Of a stretch of DNA of 64,000 nucleotides, positions 39,813 to 52,745 are shown one piece after another. The stretch is from Laetmonice hystrix (lineage: Eukaryota): contig OZ249436.1 of assembly GCA_965235115.1 (NCBI GenBank), positions 49,850,001 to 49,914,000 on the forward strand, written 5' to 3'. The notes under the pieces are model-generated. The model was not told the DNA's origin, made no database searches, and saw only the letters and a list, made by a program, of their open reading frames with translations. Each line of letters begins with the position of its first letter. Position 1 is the first letter of the stretch. A program made the position numbers and the translations under genes.

Positions 39813-42364
39813 GTGTTGCGATGACATAGGTAAGGGTCAATGAGTGATTGGGTGTTACGTTAGGTAAGGGTCAATGGTTGTTTTTTTATTTATATTTATT
39901 TATTTATTATTATTATTTTATAATAAGTTTCTAATAATTTAGTCGTGCAGAAGCCTAGTGCTTAGATTCATATACTACACTTGTAACTACGTACACATGT
40001 GATGCTTGGATTTAATATGACATACAAATTTGACATACATACACATACAATGAGTGATTGGGTGTTACGATGACATATATAGGTAAGGGTCAAAGACTGA
40101 TTGGGTGTTACGATGACATAGGTAAGGGTCAATGAGTGATTGGGTGTTACGATGACATAGGTAAGGGTCAATGGGTGATTGGGTGTTACGATGACATAGG
40201 TAAGGGTCACTGAGTGATTGGGTGTTACAATGACATAGGTAAGGGTCAATGAGTGATTGGGTGTTACAATGACATAGGTAAGGGTCACTGAGTGATTGGG
40301 TGTTATGAAAGGTAAGGGTCAATGAGTGATTGGGTGTTACAATGACATAGGTAAGGGTCAATGAGTGATTGGGTGTTACAATGACATAGGTAAGGGTCAA
40401 TGAGTGATTGGGTGTTACAATGACATAGGTAAGGGTCACTGAGTGATTGGGTGTTACGATGACATAGGTAAGGGTCACTGAGTGATTGGGTGTTACGATG
40501 ACATATATAGGTAAGGGTCAAAGACTGATTGGGTGTTACGATGACATAGGTAAGGGTCACTGAGTGATTGGGTGTTACGATGACATAGGTAAGGGTCACT
40601 GAGTGATTGGGTGTTACGATGACATAGGTAAGGGTCAATGAGTGATTGGGTGTTACGATAGGTAAGGGTCAATGAGTGATTGGGTGTTACGATGACATAG
40701 GTAAGGGTCAATGAGTGATTGGGTGTTACGATGACATAGGTAAGGGTCAATGAGTGATTGGGTGTTACGATGACATAGGTAAGGGTCACTGAGTGATTGG
40801 GTGTTACGATAGGTAAGGGTCAATGAGTGATTGGGTGTTACGATGACATAGGTAAGGGTCACTGAGTGATTGGGTGTTACGATGACATAGGTAAGGGTCA
40901 CTGAGTGATTGGGTGTTACGATGACATAGGTAAGGGTCACTGAGTGATTGGGTGTTACGATAGGTAAGGGTCAATGAGTGATTGGGTGTTACGATGACAT
41001 AGGTAAGGGTCACTGAGTGATTGGGTGTTACGATGACATAGGTAAGGGTCACTGAGTGATTAGGTGTTACGATGACATAATAGGTAAGGGTCACTGAGTG
41101 ATTGGGTGTTACGATAGGTAAGGGTCACTGAGTGATTGGGTGTTACGATGACATAGGTAAGGGTCACTGAGTGATTGGGTGTTACGATGACATAGGTAAG
41201 GGTCACTGAGTGATTGGGTGTTACGATGACATAGGTAAGGGTCACTGAGTGATTGGGTGTTACGATGACATAATAGGTAAGGGTCACTGAGTGATTGGGT
41301 GTTACGATAGGTAAGGGTCAATGAGTGATTGGGTGTTACGATGACATAGGTAAGGGTCACTGAGTGATTGGGTGTTACGATGACATAGGTAAGGGTCACT
41401 GAGTGATTAGGTGTTACGATGACATAATAGGTAAGGGTCACTGAGTGATTGGGTGTTACGATAGGTAAGGGTCAATGAGTGATTGGGTGTTACGATAGGT
41501 AAGGGTCAATGAGTGATTGCGTGTTACGATGACATAGCTAAGGGTCACTGAGTGATTGGGTGTTACGATGACATAGCTAAGGGTCAATGAGTGATTGGGT
41601 GTTACGATAGGTAAGGGTCACTGAGTGATTGGGTGTTACGATGACATAGGTAAGGGTCACTGAGTGATTGGGTGTTACGATGACATAGGTAAGGGTCAAT
41701 GAGTGATTGGGTGTTACGATAGGTAAGGGTCAATGAGTGATTGGGTGTTACGATGACATAGGTAAGGGTCACTGAGTGATTGGGTGTTACGATGACATAG
41801 GTAAGGGTCAATGAGTGATTGGGTGTTACGATAGGTAAGGGTCAATGAGTGATTGGGTGTTACGATGACATAGGTAAGGGTCAATGAGTGATTGGGTGTT
41901 ACGATGACATAGGTAAGGGTCAATGAGTGATTGGGTGTTACGATGACATAGGTAAGGGTCAATGAGTGATTGGGTGTTACGATAGGTAAGGGTCAATGAG
42001 TGATTGCGTGTTACGATGACACAGGTAAGGGTCACTGAGTGATTGGGTGTTACGAAAGGTAAGGGTCAATGAGTGATTGGTTGTTACGATGACACAGGTA
42101 AGGGTCACTGAGTGATTGGGTGTTACGAAAGGTAAGGGTCAATGAGTGATTGGGTGTTACGATGACACAGGTAAGGGTCAATGAGTGATTGGGTGTTACG
42201 ATGACACAGGTAAGGGTCACTGAGTGATTGGGTGTTACGATGACATAAGTAAGGGTCAATGAGTGATTGGGTGTTACGATGACATAGGTAAGGGTCACTG
42301 AGTGATTGGGTGTTACGATGACATAGGTAAGGGTCACTGTGTGATTAGGTGTATACGATGACAT
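39813..42364. repeat. 39-bp minisatellite (~60 copies) with 34-, 42- and 43-bp variants
   Basis: Unit ATGACATAGGTAAGGGTCA(A/C)TGAGTGATTGGGTGTTACG; the 34-bp variant lacks GACAT. Confidence 0.98.
39877..40047 (-). mobile_element. 171-bp insertion in a minisatellite, probable 5'-truncated retroposon 3' end
   Basis: Interrupts a 39-bp unit and is flanked by a CAATG duplication (39872-76 and 40048-52). The minus strand ends in an (AAT)n/(TAAA)n/poly-A tail. Confidence 0.55.
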
Positions 42365-45016
42365 GGGTCCAAGTGCAACAGTTTACATTATGAGCATTGA
42401 AAAACAAGAGACCGATACGATAATTTTATGACAAGGAAGCGTTATTCAGTGCCAGATGGACACAACTATAGGGTAAAGTACGTGTAGTAGGCCTACTGAG
42501 GTGTCGCTGGAAAGAAATGACGGCTTGGCTAAAAATAAGAACCTGATTTCAATGTTATACATCATCCAGTAGATTGAGTTAGGAATTAGGCCTATATATG
42601 AATAGTGATTTAACATATATTCTGAAGAGTTCAGCAGCAGTGTGATCTATTTGAGTGACGTTTCGCCTTGAAGATGATGTCATGATAATAAGGGTAGTAC
42701 CACACTAAACTTTCCATATTATTGATCAGCAGAAAGTATCTAAGATTTCCATATATCCAGCTAGGCCTACCAAGGTGATTTTTTCCCGTTTTTGCTGGAG
42801 GTTATAAGAAAACGTACATCTCAATTACCAGAGCCAGCGGCCCTGTTTTATGCATTCCTCGACTTCAGAACTTCCCGACACAATCCCATGATCTTATCTG
42901 ATGGAAACGTCACAAAAGAAGACGCAATATTCCGTCGGCCGTAGGGGCCACCGCCGGCTCAGTACTGGCGTAGTATTGTTCCATGCCATCAGAACACGTT
43001 TAACGCTTCTATTTACCGGTAAAGTCCACCGGCCATGCAGGACATCGCCCCCCCCCGCGCCGGTACGAACATGTCACCGAGCCTTGTGGCCTATCACTAC
43101 GTGTGATATGCCAAACAGGTCAATCAAGTCCCGACGTGTTTTCGGTCGACTCATTATACCAGACGTTGTGTGGCGGTTGGCCCTGGCCATGTTCCGGATC
43201 CAGCGGCACGGAACAAGACGTCACCGGACTTGGTGACCTTGACGACGTTGTCATTCCGTAATCATTGCCATAAGTCACAAATCGCTGATGTAGATCTATA
43301 GGCCTAGTAGGTCTATAGGTAGGCCTACAATAATCAAAACCATATAGGCCCCCTATAGGCCTAGAACCATCTTGGATAATGAACTCGTAAACTAGATTTT
43401 TGCACGATAATGTTATAAATGGCCCTAGGTAGGGGCCTACACCGTCAGAAGATTTACAGATCTATGGGCTGCTGCTAAAGTCCTGACGTCCATCATGCTT
43501 ACCTTGTCTATTTTCAAAGTAACATGGCACCGGTGTTTGATGATGTAGCCTATACGTCTATAGGTCAATTCTGCCACCCCCTATAGGCCTACAATGACAC
43601 AATATGAGATCCAGAACGACATGCAGCCGAGCCACGTTCAACTCTCCAATATATACATTTTGTAATCAATGTGACAGCGTCAGATATAGTAACATGAAAA
43701 AAAAACCATTTTGTTTGTGACGTGAAATGGAAGGAGTCTATAACATGATAATGCGGTCAATCTGTGTCCTTGTTTGGACCAGATCTGTCGAGGCTCTGTC
43801 GACAATTCAGCGGTAAATTAGGCCTATGTATTTTATGTATTTTATGCGGGTCGTTTGCCGGTATAAACTACATCGGGAGACAGCTGCATTGTTGTTTAGA
43901 GGACGTCTATAGATTATCCTCATATAGTTGTAGTACTGGAGCGCCGATGTATTTCATGGTCTACATATTATAGAAAGGACGCCCGTGAACGGTTAAATGA
44001 ACAATCACAATAATTATAATAAACATGACAATTATCATTATGCGTGCTATATCTCTGTTATTGATGTTCGGAATAATTTGCAAGCGACCAATTAGATTTT
44101 AAATTTCATTTGTGTTAGCCTATCTATTTCTTTTTAAAGATTTGCCGCGTGATGGGAGGTAACCTGTCGTTCCGGAACATCAATTGAATGATGTTCTTTT
44201 CATGCCGTCCGTTCTTATTCCCAATTGGTCGACACGTAAGAGGGCCATTTTTAAAGGTTTTCGTTTATAATGTGACAATTGCCACTTTGGGAATCTTTAC
44301 TGATAGCACCAGAACATTTGATTGAGAGTAACCTCGGCCTCCCGCCGATGGATGTGCCGTACTTTTATGGGGGTAGACTGTCAGCGAGCGTCACAAAGGT
44401 CGAAACGGACCCCGAAGAGTGAGATGTTTGCATCGCCATTGCCACGTAATACAAGAGCGTGTCGCTCGTTTGGTGCCATAAAACTGTCCTGCCTGTCTGC
44501 AGAACTAGCACTGCGAACATCCTCGAGAGGCAGGCTGACAAGGATCACACACAGCCGCAGTTTCGTACAAGTGCAGCGGGGTTAACTGGCAGCCGATGAT
44601 TTGTACGGGCTCTCACAAGGGTGGCAGCGACCCATGGACAATGCATCATAGGAAGTTAGCATGGGGTCAGTTTACAAGCTATTTATAGGGCCTGAATTTT
44701 GCGATGGTGGAAGAAAAAAATTATTAGCAGATTTTCTTGGATAGACGTTTGTAGGCTGAAATAGTCAAAGCATTCATGGATTTATTCATATACCATCTTC
44801 ATTGACACACATAGGTCTAGGCATATAAAGATGTAGGTTTACTCCTTAATGGGTATAGGCCTACTTTCCTACTCCTTAAGTCATAATCATGCCTCACTTG
44901 AGCCTTTCACGGCCTCCAAGGCATATAGGCCCGAATTTAGATCAACAGGAAATTAAAGTTAACCATTAAAGCATTATCGTTGTCTCAACTATGGGACGTA
45001 GGCGTTTCTTATATAG

Positions 45017-45077
45017 GCCTAGGCTTAAGCCCTTTTTGTGGCCTGGCCTAGGCTTAAGCCCTTTTTGTGGCCTGGCG
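45017..45077. repeat. 29-bp tandem duplication
   Basis: GGCCTAGGCTTAAGCCCTTTTTGTGGCCT x2. Confidence 0.9.
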
Positions 45078-48000
45078 GAGAAACGATAGCTTCAAAGTAT
45101 AAGACGTCGTGTATTCATTTGCATCCACGAATAGGTCCCCAAGCCCTCGTCTGTGTGTTCTGTAACAAAAGGAACAGCGTTTCAATTACTGCAGTGGTGC
45201 CCTTAGATCTATCGACATCCTTTCAGATGCTATACCCCCTTCATTATCGCCCATGGCTGCCTCAGCTAACGTTACTTAACCGGAAGAAGCCCTCCTGAAG
45301 TGAACGATGCCTGCCACACCCATTAGAACGCGCGGTCGAGGAAGCCACCTGCACGGTTCCCGGTGGCCCTTGATTGGAACGCAGAACTTCAGAAGCTCAG
45401 ACCCCATAGAAAGGTCTCAACGGGCACGGATATAGACTACTAATGCTTACGAGTCAAAGTCTACTGGGTTCAAGTGAACAGAAAGACAGCCGCCGGGACT
45501 TTGATCCCCAAGGAATAAACCATTTTCGTTGTTTGATAAAAAATAAATGATATCAAGCATGGGGATTTATTATTGTACTTCAGGGACGGCACAATGGCGT
45601 GATCTGGCTAACATAAAGGCCCCCGTTGTTCTACATGAAAATATACCACGTAAACATAGCTTTCGGCTTGGAACAGACGCTCCAGCCTCCTAAACATGCC
45701 GACTGAATACCACTCTCATACGTTGTGGGTTGACCGGACCAAAAGCCTTGTGTCTTTGATCACGGCATGAAACCCCATCCGCTTTCCTGGCCAACCATCC
45801 GATAAATCCTGTCTGATCATGGACTATTTGACGAGCGGAAGGACTCAGCTCCTCTCGGCCCCTGCTAACCGTCCTGCTTCCTTTGACGCGGCGGGCGGAC
45901 ATGACTGATGGGTGCTACGTCCAATTATCTCGCCGAGTCTCGCCGGGTGCGAGGGGCGAAATCCTGCTGGCATGTCGTTACAGCGGAAGGAAGTGTGAAA
46001 GAAAGTAAAAAGCAGAACTGCACTCTTTGCTGGTGGGCTGTCACCCTAAAGCTCGCAGAAATCTTTGTCGGTTTTGTAACATAAAAGTTTATGAAGATTA
46101 CAAAGTTGTAATCCCTTTGTCGAAAGGAAACGTGCACTTTTACTGTCAGATCCCGCAGAGTGGAGTTCTACTGATCGAATAAACCTGTGATCATATAGGA
46201 AGTGAAAGGAAGCAGACGCGAATGACGTTTTGTTCTGATAAACGTGAATTGAAAGAAGTCGTTAATTACAGAAATCCTCGTTTGTGAAGTAGAACACGTG
46301 TATGACAAACACAATATACATGGACATTGTGGCTCAAAGTCACACGGTCCTGTAGTACCATCATTTTGAACGCATTTTCTAGGGTCTTTGCGATCCTCCT
46401 CCACGCTCCTTTCTTAAAGGAGGCATTGTACACCCCATCGACCTGAGCAGGGTTTAAATAGGATCGGGCGCATATTAACGGTTGGCCATACAGGGTATAG
46501 TACCAGCATGGCAGGGGCCATGCGACAAGGACTACGACTGAATTCGGCACCTGCGTTATGCCTCTCTAACTCATTTATAGCAGGGAATATATGCTAGCGG
46601 GCCTATAATAATAGTACTCGGCCAGTCGTCTTTCAAAATGGACTCATGTAAGCCTACATCACATTGTATAGCTACAATTGCACATATTCCAGCCTATATG
46701 AATATCGCTTCTGGTATTAAAATTGAGAGCTGCATGGATTAGAAAATAGGCCATAGATCTACGAACATTTCCTATTTTATTAGTTTGATGTAGAGCTCTG
46801 TTAACGCCTACGTCATCAAGACGGCGTTCAGGTGCCATATTTAATGGTGTATCGATTAAGACGACATCCGTTCGAGTTAGACGGGCTGTTTGGAATCCCG
46901 GAGACGTTTCTCGATCGATGTACCACCGTAACGATTGGCCGTTACCAGCTCTAATTATGATGAAACGACTTCCGCACGCCAGTGTTCAGTTTGAAACTTG
47001 CACAATTTGGAGTGCCAGAAGTAATTTGCATGGGTATCTCATCTATATCGCAGGGAGGGACATCACTTGAGTCGCTGCTTTAGGCTGGCCAAGAAAATAG
47101 TACTCCAATTACAGCAAAGACTTCATCTTTTGCAATCTGCAATTTACCAGAAGAGATCTGTCTCCATTCACCTATGAATGTCTGTGGGAGAGACGTAAAC
47201 GTTCTCATGTCGACCGGCATTATCATCTGTCAGATATACACAGTTACAACCCCCCCCCCCCCCCCCGCCCCGCGCCTCCAGCAGAAAGAAATAAAAAGGT
47301 GGTATTTTTCTCTGTTGTTCAGCTGACTGCACGCGGCCATTCTAGGTCTCGTGGTTACTCCATTGAAGTAATAATATCTCAGATATAACATTTCATGCAC
47401 TTTAAACCATGCATCTTCCTTTATCGCCCACTTCCCATGAATCCCTGTAAGGACAACTAATCGCATGTGCATCTCTCGTGGCAGTGTTCGGAGTCGTCGG
47501 ATTCTGTGAAGAACGCTTTTATAATCGCCTCGCGGGAGTCTAGAACCTTCTTCGTGGAAATTTTAGGGAAAAGTGCCACGTGCTATGATGTTGATAATAT
47601 TGTGAAGACCGACCATTTTCCGACGACCAAAGATCTAAATATGGATTACCTTTGAGTACTAACTTTTTTTTATCGAAGCCGTTTGATTTATCAGACCTGC
47701 GACGACAAATTTCACTGCGTGTGAATTCCATAAATTCCTTTTATGGAAATATTGGTCAAGTGATTAATTAGAAAATGCTATGATTTCATGAAAGATATAG
47801 CTCTCTGTAGACAAAATGTAATAAAAGGGGCATCGTTTTGATAGAGTAATGAACTGTGTACGATGATAATTCCCTGTCTCTATTATATTCACAGCAGTGT
47901 AGAGGTAATTGTTCACCTATACAGCTGCTCATCCAAATCTTCCAAACATGTCCCATGCCCCAGGCGTACAGAGACTGATAGTGAAAGGGTAAGATAAACT

Positions 48001-51000
48001 TGAGACATCAAAAGCATGGTTTTCTAAGGCGGAAACAAAAGATTAGGGATCCTTTGCGGCAGAATTCCATACTACATCATTATCTCGTCAAACCTACTTA
48101 AAGACTTACCATAATGGGTTCCGCAGCTTGGCGTATGAAGACACTGAGAGTGATACAGACTGTTGACGTCAGACTAACGAAGTGTAGACGCCAGTGTGCT
48201 GACGTAATTACAGTGGGCACATATTCTGAAGGCGTCACAACTAAAAGTCTTGGTATTCCAACAGTGGTTTTCAATTAAGATAATGCCGCGTATTTGTGAC
48301 AGTACATCAGCATCATGTTTCCCGCCATAATCTCTTTAATTGTCCGTCGCTATAGAGATTAGGGCTGCGATAAATGACACTTGCCGGCTAAGAGATAAAG
48401 GGAACCTGCCAGGGTCTGTGATGGAGAGTGCCAGTCCATGTACCACTTCAACCACTCCTCTCAGGAGCATTCTTGCCATGTAATTATAGACGACATAACG
48501 GAGGTGTTTGAAGGGGGTGCGGGCGGGGGATGGAACTCTACATGAGGGGGGGGGGAGGGGTTCCATAGCCACATTATAACACATTCATAAACACCCCACT
48601 TGATATATAGACGGATCATTTTCAGGTGCCTTTTGGGTCAATTTGTAATTTTTCTATTTCTTTTTTCTTTTTCCTTTATAAATATGTATGTATTTCCTTT
48701 CAGTTTCCGTCTAAAAGGTGTCATCCATAGGGATAATTGGAAATTAGTTATCCACAAGGCGTGTAATCCTAGGTAAATCTATAGCAAGTATATGAGCTCC
48801 CTAAAGACCGATCTCTATATAGCCACGTTCATCTGCTGTCATTTAGCTGCAAGAGCTGCAGGAGAACGAATCATGGCTTTAACACATTACAACCGTCCAG
48901 TAACACCATTACTATCCGCTCCAAGCTGTTCGCCAGCACTAAATACATTACTCGCAACAATTCGTCACGTTTTTAAGCACGTCATGTTTGCATTAACTTA
49001 AAATATGTTACATAAAATAGAACAATGGCAACCTAAAAGCTACCTTGCGTCTAATAAGGGCAATTAGGATATAATAATACGTAACCTATCGCAACCTTTT
49101 AATGAGCATGGATCATGCATATTCTAATCGTCTGTCAGAGTACTTATATACAACATGTATACAGGAGAGGGGGAGACTGCCCATATTGAGAACAAGGTTA
49201 TGACGCTCATAATTATACGGTCCATGCATATAATATAGAATCCTAAGGCTAGAGCAAGTCTCGATAATACTGCATTAAGTCTAACGGCAATGTTACCAAA
49301 GTGAAAAACAGCGAAAAGGCATAGACGGCAGTGAAACTCAATTGTATCTCAGGAACTGTGCTGCACAAATAACATCATTGCTGCGGTCTCGGGTATAGGC
49401 CAGTGTGCCACAGTCATTGATAATACTGGCCGAGCATGAGGAGGCTGGTTCGGGTAATATAACTCGTGAATAGGTACTAATCAGCACAAACTGGCGATTG
49501 AATTGGATTGGCTTTCCGCCCTTGTACTTCTCAACATGCGAGTAAAGGCTTCTACATGATGTTGGCCCCATGAAGGCATGGTCTCATGTTGCCCGGTAGC
49601 TTCCTTACATTAAAAATCAACAAACGACTATGGTGTGAGCGTATGAGAGAGAAGTACAGGAAGAAAGAAAGAGAGAGAGATAATAGTCAGTAAGAGGTCA
49701 TGGCGTGAGCGGAGAGAGAGAAGAAGAATACATCACACCAGGAAAATCGTTTATTGAAAAACTGACCGCTAGCAGAGCTCAATGGATGGGAAGGGCGGCA
49801 AAGGTTACCTCACAAATTTGCCGTGTCCACTTCCTTGACTGCCCTCTCCCATATCCCGAGGGATTGTAGAGTCGTTAAGGCAAACTTCACCCGCCAGTTG
49901 AGGTATAGGGCCTACATGTGTCTCTCCAAGAACAGACGGCTGAAGGACGACGTATCAATATACAACGTTCAAAGATATTTCCTTGCACCTGAGGCAGTGT
50001 AAAGGCAACCAGACTAGATCGCCTAGATGATAGTTGAAACAAAATTTGGAGGGAGGGGGAGCTTGTTTTGCGTCAGCTGACGTTTGTTTGTTGAGATGAC
50101 TATTTCTACAGACCTGAGGTTGAGATTGAGTCGGACTAACCGCCATCGGCTGGGCCTGGTTGTCTGTAGTCGAATCACCACGCCCTGTAGTTGGGTCAAA
50201 GCCTCGGCTTGTCTGGATCGATAGTGGAGTGATTGCAGCCACCGACTTCATGCAGGCAGGCCACAATTAGACAAGCAACATTTGGAGTCGATAGCAACGT
50301 GGCTCACCAAGGATTAGCGGGTACGCCGAGCCGCTGAGAGGAAACTGCCTTTAAAATTAAAGAAATTGAGAAGGCGTTACTCCAAGAGGGAATCCAACTG
50401 CTTTTACCGCTATAATTTCGACTTGTATGCTGTGTTTTTACTAATGCATGTATTCCCCTATATGTAGGTTGACTATATGTGTGCATGCATACATGCGGGT
50501 GAATATCTTTTCATTAAGTGTATATGTAATAAAACTGTATGACTAATATTGCTGGTAATATCCGTGTCAATAAATATTCGTATACGTGTATATAATATTG
50601 TACATACATGCAAGTATTAGGCCTTAGCGCCTCCCCGATTTTTGTTAGGTAGCCGCCTAACCTAAAGTAATGTTGAGATCACTCAAACTGCGAGGTTTTG
50701 ACGTTTCTTCGATCCGTTCCACATGGTCTCAATATTGATCACAGGTTATACAATATAGACTATGAATAAAACACAAAGTATTATAGCAACGGTCTCTTGG
50801 TTAGAGGAAACAATACACGGTGGAAAACAAACAAACTAAGGTATAGGCCTACGCTCTTACCACTAGATCTACGTTGTATATTCATTTCCGGTTCTGTGAT
50901 AAATAAAAAAATAAACAAAAAAAAACCAACTTGATACACTGTTGACATATGCAGAAAAACAAAGATACTGACGGTGCTATTGTTTAAAGGAATTATTAAA

Positions 51001-51800
51001 TCGATATCTACCAGGTACTACAGGAGGGAGAAGGAGAACTACTGGTCCAGAAAATTACATGTAGGAAGAATACTTTGCCTCCGTTCCCTCATGAAGGTCT
51101 TAGGGGGTATGCCCCCTTTTTTCTGCTCTCCATCTGCAGTAAATCGCGCATCCAAGTAATTCTTTTGACATTTTCGATTTCTTCTTTTTTTGCATCTCAA
51201 GCAATAATTCACTACTGAACTGAGACTGGACCAAAATGAAGATCAAAGCGGGTGTTATTGAATCAACTTTAAACAACAATACGTGGGATTCACAATGATC
51301 AGAGAATTCTTAACATATTATACTGAGGGCCTCCTACAAGCCTGCTGTAGTCAAGCGGGACAATGGCGGAAAAATAAAGTTTACATTCGTTTGTGAAGGG
51401 ATATCGATGTCTGGCAGGAACGAGAGGGCAATTTGTAAAGGTCAGAAATACCCTAAGGCATGAGTCATCTTCGTTCAACTCCTTAAAACAATCACCGAGT
51501 GTCTCTCATTTCAATGACTCCAAAATGAAAACATGGGCTGTTAGGTTAGATAAAGCCTTAGACTACATAAATCAATAAATGTTTACCCACAGAAATGGAG
51601 AAATCTAATGAAATTCAACATTCCAGTTGCCTGTGGTCGCTATGAAGCGATCGTCTTAATATGTCTGGTTGTTGACAAAATCGTTGACCTCACATTGACT
51701 TGGACAGCCAATGATTGTTGTCATTGGCTGTTCAAGTCAATGCCAGGTCAGCAACCAGCAATGAGACGATCGCTTCATGGCGACAACAGGCAACTGGAAT

Positions 51801-52053
51801 GTTGAATTTCATTAGATTTTGTAAAATTATGTGTCAAAGTGTACTCATTTTGGAATTCCTCGCATATGTGCAACATTTTTCGGAGACCTTTTACTCTAGG
51901 ACAAAGCAGTTTGAATTCATCTGCATATCGTTGAATTTCATTAGATTTTTTTTTAATTCACAGTGTACTCATTTTAGAATTCCTCGCATATGTGTAACAT
52001 TTTTCGGAGACCTTTTACAATAGGACAAAGCAGTATGAAGTCATCTACATATC
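51801..52053. repeat. ~129-bp diverged tandem duplication
   Basis: GTTGAATTTCATTAGATTTT...CGGAGACCTTTTAC...TAGGACAAAGCAGT..CATATC starts at 51801 and again at 51930. Confidence 0.9.
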
Positions 52054-52479
52054 CCAGACATCCATAAAATTCCTGACCAACATGACGCCTAATGCCAGAT
52101 TTCGGGAATCTCATGCTAAGTTCACCAATATAAACTGTCGATATTAATGGTGATAATATGCCACCTTGTCTGACTCAGTTTGAACTGCAAAAAAAACAAA
52201 CTCTCAGACTCTCCGTATTCATTATTACAAATTGTCCTATACTTTTCTGTCAAACATACATGTGTTTGCAAATAGTTTGTCATATTTTAACGCTTTTGAT
52301 ACGTACTTCGATAACGCAGCCATATCAGTGGCATATCCAGACCTTCATGTTTCCACACATGTCCCGAGATTGCATTATTTCATGTCTTTCCCAGAGGAGC
52401 ATGGCCTGTGGCCATCTCTGAAGTAGGTCTATCTAAACTTCCGAAACCACGCGTTAACCAATTACTGGATACGCCATTA

Positions 52480-52745
52480 AATACTCTTTTGAATCTCCAT
52501 TCCAATAGTAGTATACTACCTCTTTCAATGTAAGAGAGCTCATAACTGCTGAGTGCCTCTGTTTGAGTGAGAATTGTAATCCGTGTGTTTCTAGCGTATC
52601 TTTATTGCCGTCTATGATTATCCAATCCAATAGCTTGTTAATGGCAGAGCAAATACATATACCTCTATAATTTTCAGAGCTGCTTAAGTCTCCATGATTG
52701 TCTTTTGCCAGCGATGCTATTGCACCAAGAATCAATTCTTTCTGT
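52480..52745 (-). mobile_element. Non-LTR retrotransposon (LINE) reverse-transcriptase fragment, RTE-X/L2-like, truncated
   Basis: The minus-strand ORF reads GAIASLAKDNHGDLSSSENYRGICICSAINKLLDWII...HGLQFSLKQRHSAVMSSLTLKEVVYYY. This matches LINE RT domains 0-2 (IPK..NYRxIxL..K..QFGFK..ST). Confidence 0.85.

Noticed and set aside
39968..42364. Many ORFs with TLTYVIVTPNHS repeats
   Set aside because: Translations of the 39-bp array, repeatedly frameshifted by 34/43-bp variants; no ATG context or splice support.
34300..42690. Penelope/hammerhead-like fragments (CGACGAAACTGGTCG ~34330, CTTGAAGAAAG ~38612, GACGTTTCG ~42657)
   Set aside because: No complete CUGANGA...GAAA core with pairing stems could be assembled.
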